Shown here: piece after piece, positions 37,815 to 49,604 of the stretch
How positions within the stretch are numbered: position 1 is the stretch's first letter
Layout of the letters: each line of letters opens with the position of its first letter
Origin: Mobula hypostoma
Lineage: Eukaryota
DNA: 64,000 nt
Reading direction: 5' to 3'
NCBI RefSeq assembly: GCF_963921235.1
Contig: NC_086100.1
Location: forward strand, 201,316,001-201,380,000
Notes under the pieces: model-generated
What the model was told of the DNA's origin: nothing
The model's database searches: none
The model's input: only the letters and a program-made list of their open reading frames with translations
Program-made: the position numbers and the translations under genes

Positions 37815-39390
37815 CACCGTAGCATAGCAGTTAACGCAACACTTACAGCTCGGGACATCGGAATTCAATTCCTTCACCTTCTGTAAGGAGATTGTACGTT
37901 CTCCCCATGACCAGTGTGTTTCATTTCACAGTCCAAAGATGTACCGCTTAGTTGGTGGTTGTAAATATGTCACAGTGGCAGCATTGGGAGCAAGGGTGGA
38001 CCCAAATGCAAGACACATCTTGTGAGGTTACTTAGGTTTAGTTTATTGTACGATACCAGGAGAGCAAGACAGAAGCAGGAATAGCGAACAGGATAAGGAC
38101 TCAGGACTATGACTAGGCTGGGACCAAGGGTCTGGGCTTCGACTCGGAATCGGCTCCCAGAACTAGAGGAAACATGAAGAGGCTAGGGTATGGACTCCGA
38201 GCCCAAGACTAGGCAAGGACCCAATACCTGGGTCTTGCCTCGGGCTCAGACCCCAGAACCAGGCATGGACATGACATGGGCTAGGGAGAGGAGGAACATG
38301 GAAAACAGAGCCTCGGTCTTGGGAGAGCAGGTACATGGAACCATGGACACATACACAGAACAGAGAGCCGGGACCCCTCCTTGGGTACAGGACATAGGGC
38401 TGGGACTCATGACACTCCGCGGAGCAACGGCAGGACGGCCTGACTTACCCCACGGAGGCGAGGATAAGACAAGACAAGACACGACTCTCCGTGGGGCAAC
38501 GGCAAGACGGCCTGACTTACCCCACGGAGGCGAGGACCAGACAAGACAAGACCAACACGAATGGACACCAGACAGTACCTATCTAGCTCCAGTGATGGAA
38601 CTAGACCGAAGTGCAGGCGGGGGCTGCAGACGAGGGCTAGAGGCAAGAGGGGCAGAGAAGGGTTTCAGACAAGGGGGTAGGACAGGAATCACAGACCGCC
38701 AGGGCCAGGACATGACTCAGAACTGGGAAGCCACCAGGGCCAGGACTTGACATGGTACTTGAACGCCGCCAGGGCCAGGACTTGACATGGTACTTGGATG
38801 CCGCTGGAGCCAGGATGTGGACACGGTACTTGGATGCCGCCGGAGCCAGGGCGTGGACGTGGTACTTGGATGCCGCCGGAGCCAGGATGAGGTGCTTGGA
38901 ACCTCCAGGTAGTGCCGAGCTCTCCACTCGGCCCGGGAACAGTAGACAGTGGCTCTTGATACCCTCCGGCAGGGTAACTGATGGACCCACCTTGATGAGG
39001 AAACTTTGCAGGCTAGCTTCTGCGAGGTAACTGGACAGGGTTGCTCCGGTAAGGAAAGACGAATTACCGACACTCGCTTCCGGGCAGAGACAAGGCTTGC
39101 TCCGGCCAGATGACATTGGCACGCCGTGACTTTGCAGACGCTCCCGCACAGAGCGGCTGAAAGCCAGAGACTATAAACTACCGGTTCAGCCGAGTGTTAA
39201 TTGCCTCTAATCACCAAAGTCGAGGGACACAGGAAAACAGGGAATCAACAGTCCGGATTGTAACATAAACAAGCTAAATTTAAAGGGACCCCGGTCCGGA
39301 CCATGACAAAATAGGTGAGTTGCTGGGTGGTGCGGCTCATTAGGCCAGAAGAGCCTGTTCAGTGTCGTTTCTCTTCTAAGTAAATAAAAG
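37815..39390 (+). mobile_element. tRNA-head SINE split by an LTR insertion (SINE parts 37815-37967 and 39314-39390)
   Basis: tagcatagcagtta...ggaattcaattcc head; the body resumes after the TSD. Confidence 0.55.
37968..39308 (-). mobile_element. Long solo LTR (1341 bp), Gypsy/BEL-like, in intron 1 of gene B
   Basis: TGTCA...TGACA termini and a perfect 5-bp TSD AAATA (37963-37967 and 39309-39313). Minus-strand AATAAA at ~38045. Internal 36- and 72-bp repeats. Confidence 0.85.
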
Positions 39391-40254
39391 GTAAAAAGAA
39401 AATGACCATACAATATTATTTTTTCCTGAGTAGAAATGGCAAGCACTGGAGGAAAGGTATTTGAGGTGAAAGGAGATGTGAGGGGCACATTATTTTTTAC
39501 GGAGAGTGGTTGATGTTCTGAAGGGCTGCAGCAGTTATTGGTGGAAGTAGACATGATAGTGATTTGTGACTTTTAGACAAACACTTGAATACGAAGGGAT
39601 ATAGATCATTTTCAGACAGAATATGTGTAGTTTAATTTGGCACAAAGGGTCTGTTCGTGTGCCACTGATCTATGATCTATAACCTGCTGTCTGCTTTGAC
39701 AACCTTCTTCCCTATCCACAACATTTTTTATTGTTGTTCTTGTCTGCATACTTACTGATCACTCCCCTTACATTTTTATTCGAAGAGGTCCCAACAATAC
39801 CACTGGTCACAGGACTCCAGTCAGAATAACACCCTATCATCACTCCCTCTCTCCCTCTATGGCCAAGCCAGTTTTGAATCTAATCTCCCAAGTCACTGTG
39901 TTTTCATTTTCTGAATCAGTCTACCATGATGGACCTTGTTGAAAGCTTTACTGAAGTCCATGTATATAAAACAGCCCTCAATCATCTTCATAACTTCTCA
40001 AATAAGTCATTTGTTTGTAGGATATGACCACCCTCAAACAAAGCCAAAATGAATATCCACAATAAGTCCATGTTTTTTTTCCAGATGTTAATAGATCCTA
40101 TTACTAAGAATCTAATAATTTTCCAATCACTGATTTCAGGCTCACTAACAATGACTTGGTTTGTTTTTGATAATTGTTGTTCAGCTTATTACTTAACAAT
40201 AGCTAACTGAAATAATGATATCTTGTTTTTTCGGACAATGAAACATACTTAAAG

Positions 40255-40346
40255 AAAAGCTTCTTGGAGAAGGTGCTCAGTACAGAATCATCTCACCATT
40301 TATTATATCAGGAGGTCAGATGCGAAACATGGATCATTTACAACAG
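40255..40346 (+). CDS. ADAM gene B, exon 2 (prodomain start)
   Basis: aag|AA...CAG|gtaaat. The phase-1 join gives EKLLGEGAQYRIISPFIISGGQMRNMDHLQQ, matching the ADAM prodomain YEIIxP motif. Ends in phase 0. The acceptor is weak, so the 5' boundary is uncertain. Confidence 0.68.
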
Positions 40347-41770
40347 GTAAATAAATCTACAGTTCTCTGTTCTGAATGCATTTTAACATTTCAGATGTTT
40401 TATGGGAGGCACAGATAGAGTTGGCAAGGGTTGACATGCATTTAAGGTGAAGAGGTAATTTCAAAGGAGATGTGAGGGGCACATTTTTTTACAGAAAGTG
40501 TAGTAGGTGTCTGGAATGTGCTGCCTGGCATTGTGGTAGAAGCAGGTGGTACGTGGTGGTACAGACTTTCAGATAGGCACATGAATGTAAGGATATGGAC
40601 GTCACGTGGGCAGAAGAGATCCATTTTGTTGGCCATTTGACTACTTCTTTAATTGGTTCGACGAAACATTGTGGGGCGAAGCACCTGTTCCCTGTGCTGT
40701 ACTGGTCTATAGTTTATAGAGCATCCTCTCTCTTTTACTAGATATATCGTCGTAGATATACAGAAACGGGACCTATAGCCTGGGTAATTGATGTATACTA
40801 TCCCCTTTACCAGCACTTAGTCCTAGCCATAACTTGCCAGTTCAAGTGTCTCAAGATATGACTCTGAGGACTGTTGTAGGAAAGAAGAATCTTGGAGTAC
40901 AAGTGGAGTCATAGGTAGCTGGCTGTTGACACACTGTCCTTCAATGATCAGGGTACTGAGTATAGAAGTTGGGAGGTTCTGGTGAGGTTGTACAGATGCT
41001 GGCAAAGCTTCATTTCAAGTACTGTGTTCAGTTTCCTACAATAGGAAAGAAGTTGTTGAAGTAGAAAGATTTACAAGGATGTTGCCAGGACCCAAGGCAG
41101 TGGGTTACAGGGAGAGGATGGACAGTATAAAATCACAAGAGCTAGAGTTAGGGTAAGCGCACTCGGGGTTGGGGAATCAAGAGTTAGGGAGCATAAGTTT
41201 CTGATGAAAGGTAAAAATTTAGTCAGAACCAGGTACAACATTACACAGAGGCAGATCAGTAATGGAATAAGCTGGTTGAGATTTGTACAGTAACCCAACG
41301 GTTATTCGGAGGTGGGGAGGGGGTGTGGGTTTATCAGAAACTCCCAACAGCTCCCTTCCTGTTACTGACTTCCACCTACACTAATTCAGTAGACAATCCT
41401 TCTATGACATCCTCCCTTTCTGTAGCTGTGATACTATCCCTGCTTAGCATGCCAATAACCCCCACCCAGTTCCTTCCCTCCCTGTTCCTTTTGAAACATC
41501 TCAACCCTGGAACATCCAGCAGCCATTCCTGCCTTTATGACAACCAAACCACTGTAATGGCCGTAACATTCTCATTCCAAGTACATCACCCTTTTTTAAA
41601 ATATAATCATATAAAACACATTTCGACACGTTCAATTGACTGCATTTATGCCCTATCTATTGCCTCTCCTCCCCCAAGTCTCTCAGCACATCGCATTTAC
41701 CTTTATGCCAACTCTGACCTAACACTCTGGTTCATAACCCCATGCCAACCTAGACAAATAGGCCTCACAT

Positions 41771-42179
41771 TGTGAGAGATGTTCCTTGTGTTTAATCCAT
41801 CCCTGTTGCAGTAAGTCCATCGTACCTGTGCGTCGGAAGCTACTCCCTCTTGCTAGATAGGAACATTTTAGGAGCATTGCAGCACTTCCATTGACTGCCG
41901 TTTGGTGGAGTATAAATCTAGTGCACTGAAAGTACTTAGTCTTTTGCTTTGAGGGCTTGCTCACAGACTGTGTTGTGACCAGTGCTGCGGGAACAGTGGA
42001 AGCGTGCCGCAGTGAGAGAGGGCCCAAGCCCACACTTTAGATAAGTATTTGTAACTGGGTGTAACTTGCAGGGTTTACTGAATATTTAGTATCTGTCTTG
42101 TCCTGTAAATAAACAGTTAACTTGCCATCGGTACCAAGTGTCTTCTGTCCCCACTCGCCGAACCTGATTTCACACAACA
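41771..42179 (+). mobile_element. Probable short solo LTR
   Basis: TGT...ACA ends, TATAAA at ~41911 and AATAAA at ~42108. No convincing TSD. Confidence 0.45.
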
Positions 42180-42831
42180 ACCCCTCACTCACCTTGTCAG
42201 TAATTTAAAACTAACCTGATAATAAACAAGTACTGCACATGCTGGAAATCTGAAATAAAAATGGAATATTCTGGAAACCGTCAGCAAGTTTTGAGCATGT
42301 ATTGGCAGAGAAACAGTGAATGTTTCAAGCTGAAGGTCAATTTCCAGTTCCGATAAGATGTTAACTTGGTTTTCCTTTCCACAGATGCTGTCAGACTTAG
42401 TAGCTGTTGACTATCTACCCATAACATTCAGTGATATTGCTGTTAGCAAATCCCACTAACAATATCATAAGGGCCACCATTAATCTGATATTTCAGTGGA
42501 ATGCGCTGGCTTCAGGGCAAGTCTCTGGCTGAGTATTTTGTACAGATTGACTAAACTTCCATCCACAAGATTTCACAACTTGTCAAGCAGAACCTGGAGT
42601 GTGTGCTGAAATACTTCCAGGCCCATAAACACAATAACCTCAATGTGATGCCGTGCAGGACAAAATAGTTAATTTGTCTGGTCAACAGATCCACACCCGA
42701 CTTCTTCTCATAACCCAAAGACATGTGATTTCATTGGCTGGTGTGTAGATTCATAGTAGAATCTAGGGTAGAAGCCCATCATCACCTCTACTTTCTGACG
42801 AGACTTAAGAAAGATGGACTGTTCACATCTG

Positions 42832-44459
42832 CAGTGCCTATAAAAGGTATTCACCCCCCCCCACCCCAGTAGTTTACATGTCTTATTGTTTCACAGTATT
42901 GAATCACAGTGTATTTAATTTGGCTTTTTCGACACTGATCAACAGTAAAAGACTCTTCCGTGTCAAAGTGAAAACCGATCTCTACAAAGTGATCTAAATT
43001 AATTACAAATATAAAACACAAAATAATTGATTGCATCAGTATTCACCCCCTTTAATATGACACACCAAATCGTCACTGATGCAGCCAATTGGTTTTAGAG
43101 GTCACATTATTAGTTAAATGGAGATCTGTTTTGGAGACCTGTGTGCAGTCAAGGTGTTTCAATTGATTGTAGTAAAAATACAGCCATATCTGGAAGGTCC
43201 ATCTGCTGTTGAGTCAGTATCCTGGCAAAAACTACACTGTGAAGACATAAAACACTCCAAGCAACTCTGTGAAGTGGTTGTTGAAAAGCACAAATCAGGA
43301 GATGGATACAAGAAAATTTCCGAGTCATTGACTATTCCTTGGAGTACGGTTAGGTCAATCATCAAGAAATCGAAAGAATATGGCACAGCTGTAAATCTGC
43401 CTAGAGCAGGCTGTCCTCAAAAATGGAGTGACTGTGCAAGAAGGGGACAAGTCTGGGGGCCACCAGGAGACCTATGACAACTTTGAAGGAGTTACAAGCC
43501 TCAGTGCTGAGATGGGAGAAACTGCACGTACAACTGTTTCACCATTTGCAGCTTTATGGGAGAGTGGCAAAGAGAAAGTCACTTGAGAAACAACTCATGA
43601 AAATTCACATGACATCTTGGCTAGAATTTACCAGAAGATGTGGGAGACTCTAAAGTCAGCTGAAAGAAGTACTATGGTCTGATGAAACCAAAATTGAGCC
43701 TTTTGGCCATTAGATTAAACATATTTGGTGTAAACCAAATACCGCACATCATCAAAAGCACCCCATCCCTACCCTGGAACATGATGGTGGCTGCCTAATG
43801 CTGTGGGGATCCTTCAGTGCAACAGGCCCAGGAGGACTTGGGAAGGTAGAGGGTACAATGAATGCAGTAAAATACAGGGAAACCCTGGAGGAAAACCTGA
43901 TACAGTCTGCAAGAGAACTGTGACTTGGGAGAAGATTTGTTTTCCAGCAAGGCATTGACTGACCTCAAGCATAACGCCAAAGCTACACAGGATTGGCTTA
44001 AAAATAAGAAAGTCAATGTTCTGGAGTGGCCACGTCAGAGTCTAGATCTCAATCCAATTGGGGCTTTTGGCTGGATGGACTTGAAAAGGGCTGTTCGTTC
44101 ACTCATTTGTCATGTAATCTGACGAAGCTTGAGCAGTTTTGCAAAGAAGAATGGGGAAAAATTGCAGTATACAGATGTGCAAAGCTGACAGAGACCTATC
44201 CACACAGACTCAAGTCTGTAATTGCTGCCAGAGGTGCATCTACTAAATACTGACTTGAATGGGATGAATAATTATGCAATCAATTATCTTGTGTTCAATA
44301 ATTATAATAAATTTAGACCAATTTGTAGAAATTTGGTTTCTCTTTGACACAAAAGAGTTTTTTCTTGATCAGTGTAAATAAAAGCCAAATTAATTCCACT
44401 GTTTAAATTAAAACAAACATGAAAACTTCAAAGGGGTGGTGAGTACTTTTTATAAGCTG
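42832..44459 (+). mobile_element. Full-length defective Tc1-like transposon (IR/DR-type TIRs) inserted in a Rex1/L2-type LINE fragment
   Basis: CAGTGCC...CTG|TA, ~1.63 kb, with ~220-bp TIRs containing repeated tattcacccc motifs. Motifs LWSDETKIE, LMLWG and [13 protein letters not shown], with stops and frameshifts. The host LINE reads HLYFLTRLKK before and ILKSFY after. Confidence 0.92.
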
Positions 44460-45098
44460 TACAGTATACTCAAGTCCTTCTACAAAGGCAGAGTCAAAAG
44501 CATCCTAACAAGCTACGTCACTGCTTGGTGTGAAAACTGCACTGTGATAGACCGGCAGGCTCTACGGTGGGTAGACAAAACTAATCGATGCATCACAGGC
44601 ACCAGTCTACCTGCCATCAAAGACATTTATACAGAAAGGTGCCCGAAAAAGGTCAGTAACATTATGAAACATCCAACACACGCTGTTCATGGACTGTTTG
44701 TCCTACTACCATCAGAGAGAAGATATATAGCATCCATGCCAGGATCACCAGACTCAAAATCAGTTATTTTCCCCAAGCAGTAAGGCTGATCAACACCGTC
44801 ACCCACTAACCCACCCCTCCACACCCCCAGCTACCACTACTTTATCATTTCCTGTCAGGGTCACCTTATGTACAGACACTCCTGTGCCCAGCATCACTTT
44901 ATGGACATAGAATCAATCCATGTATTTTTTTTGTTGGATCTGGAGTGACAATTATTTTGTTCTCCTTTACACTTGTGGACTGGAAATGACTTTAAACAAT
45001 CTTGAATGTTGAATTGAATTGACTTTATTTCTTACATCCTTCACATACATGAGGAGTAAAAATCTTTACGTTATGTCTCCATCTAAATGTGCAATCAT

Positions 45099-46390
45099 AA
45101 GAGACTTGTTCTGGAGCTGCTCTGGCCTATGGTCAGGCCACACTTAGATCCCCTCCAGTTCGCCTACCAGCCCCGACTAGGAGTTGAGGATGCCATCATC
45201 TACGTGCTGAACCGTGTCTACGCCCACCTGGACAAGCCAGCGAGCACTGTGAGGGTCATGTTTTTTGACTTCTCCAGTGCGTTCAACACCATCCGCCCTG
45301 CTCTGCTGGGGGAGAAGCTGACAGCAATGCAGGTGGATGCTTCCCTGGTATCATGGATTCTTGATTACCTGACTGGCAAACCACAGTATGTGTGCTTGCA
45401 ACACTGTGTGTCCGACAGAGTGATCAGCAGCACTGGGGCTCCACAGGGGACTGTCTTGTCTCCCTTTCTCTTCACCATTTACACCTCGGACTTCAACTAC
45501 TGCACAGAGTCTTGTCATCTTCAGAAGTTTTCGGATGACTCTGCCATAGTTGGATGCATCAGCAAGAGAGATGAAGCTGAGTACAGGGCTACGGTAGGAA
45601 ACTTTGTCACATGGTGTGAGCAGAATTATCTGCAGCTTAATGTGAAAAAGACTAAGGAGCTGGTGGTAGACCTGAGGAGAGCTAAGGTACCGGTGACCTC
45701 TGTTTCCATCCAGGGGATCAGTGTGGACATGGTGAATGATTACAAATACCTGGGGATACGAATTGACAATAAACTGGACTGGTCAAAGAACACTGAGGCT
45801 GTCTACAAGAAGGGACAGAGTCGTCTCTATTTCCTGAGGAGACTGAGGTCCTTTAACATCTGCCAGACGATGCTGAGGATGTTCTACGAGTCTGTGGTGG
45901 CCAGTGCTATCATGTTTGCTGTTGTGTGCTGGGGCAGCAGGCTGAGGGTAGCAGACACCAGCAGAATCAACAAACTCATTCGTAAGGCCAGTGATGTTGT
46001 GGGGATGGAACTGGACTCTCTCATTGTGGTGTCTGAAAAGAGGATGCTGTCCAAGTTGCATGCCATCTTGGACAATGTCTCCCATCCACTACATAATGTA
46101 CTGGGTGGGCACAGGAGTACTTTCATCCAGAGACTCATTCCACCGAGATGCAGCACAGAGCGTCATAGGATGTCATTCCTGTCTGTGGCCATCAAACTTT
46201 ACAACTCCTCCCTTGGAGGGTCAGACACCCTGAGCCAATAGGCTGGTCCTGGACTTATTTCATAATTTACTGGCATAATTTACATACTTCTATTTAGCTA
46301 TTTATGGTTCTATTACTATTTATTATTTATGCTGCAACTGTAATGAAAACCAATTTCCCCTGGGATCAATAAAGTATGACTATGACTATA
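45099..46390 (+). mobile_element. Young 5'-truncated Rex1/Babar LINE with uninterrupted RT ORF
   Basis: ~380 open codons: LDPLQFAYQPRLGVEDAI...FFDFSSAFNTI...GAPQGTVLSP...KFSDDS. Tail aataaagtatgactatgactat. Confidence 0.9.
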
Positions 46391-46732
46391 ATAATTTATA
46401 ATAAATAGAACAGTCAATGTAACATAGAAATACACTCAAAATCTTGATGGGAAAGTGGGAAGAATAAAAATGGAAGTAATGTGGAATCAGGGTAAATGGG
46501 TGCCTGATGTTTGGTTTAAACTCACTAGACCAAAGGGTCTGTTCCCAGAATCAATGATTATGCCTCTACTCTTATACTCTTGCACAGTAGTGTCGTGGGT
46601 TTCTTCCCACAGTCCAAAGACATACCAGTTGGTAGGTTAATTGTCATTGTCAATTGTCCCGTTATTAGGCGAGGGTTTATTCAGGTGCTACTGTGCAGTG
46701 CAGTGTCTTCAGTAAAGAAATGTAAAAAAACA

Positions 46733-47038
46733 AGGGTGATTGATAAATTCATGGCCTGAGGTAGAAGGAGTCAATTTTAGAAAACGTAGCACATTTATTT
46801 TTCAACATAGTCCCCTCCTACATTTACACACTTAGTCCAGCGGTCATGGAGCATACGGATCCCTTCTTTGTAGAAGTCGGCGTCTTGGACCTCCAGAAAG
46901 TGGTCCACAAGCAGGGGTGACTGCTAAGTTCGTAGCCTAAGGTAGAAGGAGATGAGTTATACAGCTCTCATTACATGCATGTGCAGTTCAACTCTTTGAG
47001 TGATAATGCAGAAAGTTTGAAGTTAATAACTCATCTCC
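46733..47038. mobile_element. Second, truncated copy of the mariner-derived MITE
   Basis: Matches 4762-4950 and 5050-5180; cut off next to the Penelope element. Confidence 0.85.
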
Positions 47039-47061
47039 GTCTGCCACAACAGACATGGCTT

Positions 47062-48745
47062 CCTCGAGTACCTCCTGTATGTTGTGGCGGATGGAGCGGA
47101 GGTACTCGATGAAGTGGTCCCCCAATCTGCGTCGGGATTCACCGATGTAGAGGAGGCCGCACCGGATGCAATAGATGACTCGAACAGACTCACAAGTGAA
47201 GTGTTGCCTCACCTGGAAGGACTGTTTGGGGCCCTGAATGGTGGCAAGAGGGGAGATGTAGAGACAGGTGTAGCACTTACGCTTACAGGGATAAGTGCTG
47301 GGCGGGAGATCCGTGGGGAGGGAGGTGTGGATAAGGGAGTTGCGGAGGTGGCATCCTATACCCATGCTGAGCTCGTCAATTTCATCGACTTTACTTCAAA
47401 CTTCCACCCAGCCCTCAAATTCACTTGGTCTATCTTGGACACTTCTGTCCCCTTTCTTGATCTGTCGGTCTCCATGTCTGGAGACAGACCATCCACTGAC
47501 ATCTTCTACAAGCCCACTGACTCTCATAACTACCTCAACTATACCTCTTCCCACCCCGCCACATGCAAAAATGCCATTCCCTATTCCCAGTTCCTCTGTC
47601 TCCGCCGCATCTGCTCCCAGGATGAGGCTTTCCGTTCCAGGACATCTCAAATGTCCTCTTTCTTTAAAGATCATGGTTTCCCTTCTGCTGTCATCAATGA
47701 TGTCCTCACCCGCATCTCCTCCATTTCCCGCACTTCAGCCCTCACCCCAGCCTCCCACCACCACAACAGGGACAGAGTTCCCCTTGTCCTCACCTACCAG
47801 CCCACCTGCCTCCGGATCCAGCACATTATCCTCCGCAACTTCCGTCACCTTCAACAGGACCCCACTACTAAGCACATCTTTCCCTCTCCACCCCTCTCTG
47901 CTTTCCGCAGGGATCGGTCCCTCTGCGCCTCCCTGATCCACACGTCCCTCCTCACAGATCTCCCACCCGGCACTTTTCCTGTAAGTGCAAGTGCTACACC
48001 TGTCCCTACACCTCCTCTCTTGCCACCATTCAGAGCCCCAAACAGTCCTTCTAGGTGAGGCAACACTTCACTTGTGAGTCTGTTGGGGTCATCTATTGCA
48101 TCCGGTGCTCCTGGTGCGGCCTCCTCTACATCGGTGAAACCCGACGCAGATTGGGGGACCACTTCCCTGAGCACCTCCACTCCATCTGCCACAACAGACA
48201 GGATCTCCCAGTAGCCACCCACTTCAACTCTGCTTCCCATTCCCATTCAGATATGTCCATACATGGCCTCCTCTACTGCCATGGCGAGGCTAAACTCAGG
48301 TCGGAGGAGCAACACCTCACATACCCTCTAAGTAGTCTCCAGCCCCTTGGGATGAACATAGATTTCTCTAACTTCCGGTAATTCCCTCCCCCTCCCTTCC
48401 TCTATCCCTATTTCACTCTGCCCCCTCCCCCAGCTGCCTATCACCTCCCTCATGGTCCCACCTCCTTCTGCTACCCATTGTGTTTTCCCCTATTCTTTTT
48501 TCACCTTTCCTGCCTATCCCCTCCCTGCTTCCCTTCCCCTCCCCCACCCCTTTATCTTTCCCCTTACTGGTTTTTCACCTGGAACCTACCAGCCTTCTCC
48601 TTCCCACCCTCCCCCCACCTTCTTTATAGGGCCTCTGCCCCTTCCCTCTACAGTCCTGACGAAGGATTCCGGCCCGAAACGTCGACTGATCGTTTCCACG
48701 GATGCTGCCCGACCTGCTGAGTTCCTCCAGCATGTTGTGAGTGTT
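47062..48745 (+). mobile_element. Penelope-like element with inverted 5' segment
   Basis: RT C-terminus (VPFLDLSV...FYKPTDSHNYLNYTSSHP...IPYSQFL.LRRICS) and GIY-YIG (48055..48381). 47069-47349 is an inverted copy of ~47925-48203. Confidence 0.92.
48651..48688 (+). ncRNA. Minimal type-I hammerhead ribozyme motif in the Penelope terminus
   Basis: CAGUC-CUGACGA-aggauuccggccc-GAAACGUC-GACUG. Intact catalytic core, 5-bp stem I, loopless palindromic ACGU stem III, imperfect stem II. Confidence 0.7.
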
Positions 48746-49604
48746 ACTGAGATCCATTTTCTTGTGGGCATACTCAATAAACCTATAGAATGATAACCAT
48801 GACAGAATCAATGGAAATTGCCAACTTGGGCATTCCGTCAGAATGCAGAAGACAACAAACTGCAAATACAAAAATAAATTAAAAAATAAATAAATTAGTA
48901 AATAAGCAATAAATGTCGAGAACATGACATGAAGAATCCTTGAAAATTAGTCCATTAATTGTGTGATGGGGAAAGTGAAGTTATCCCTTCTGGTTCAAAA
49001 GTCTGACAATTGAGAGGTAATAACCGTTCATGAACCAGGTGGTAGTGAGTCCCGAGGTCCTGGATCTTATTTTGTTTTAATGCCATCTTTAACTTCGTTA
49101 GTAAGCCACAGAATAGGTCCAGTACCTCACAGGTAAAGCCCTCCCAACCGTTGAGTACACCTGCATGAAACACTGTCATAGGAAAGCAGCATCTGTTATC
49201 AAAGAACATCACCACCCAGGCCGTGCTTTTCCTCGTGCTGCCATGAAGTAGAAGGTAAAGAGTCTCAGAACTCCACCACCAGGTTCAGGCTCTTGACTAC
49301 ATTCACTTGCCCCACAATCAATCATTTCATTTTAAGGACTCATTATCTTGTTATTTCATGTTCTTGTTATTTATTGTTACTTTTTTTGCATTTGCAGTTT
49401 GTTGTCTTCTGGTGGATCTTTCATTTACCCTTTTTTAGTTACTATTCTATAGTTTTGCTGAGTATGCCCACAGAATAATGGATTTCAGAGTTGTATGTGG
49501 TAGCCTACTGTATATGTACTCTGATAATAAAGCATTATTTTGAACTTTTGAACAGATGGCACATTCTCCTTCTTCCCACTAGAGCAGATCAGATGTATGA
49601 AATA

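Noticed and set aside
38700..38905. 36-bp repeats as a CRISPR array or coding repeat (ORFs 38190..39149)
   Set aside because: Head-to-tail repeats inside a TSD-bounded LTR; ORFs are open on both strands with no recognisable domain.
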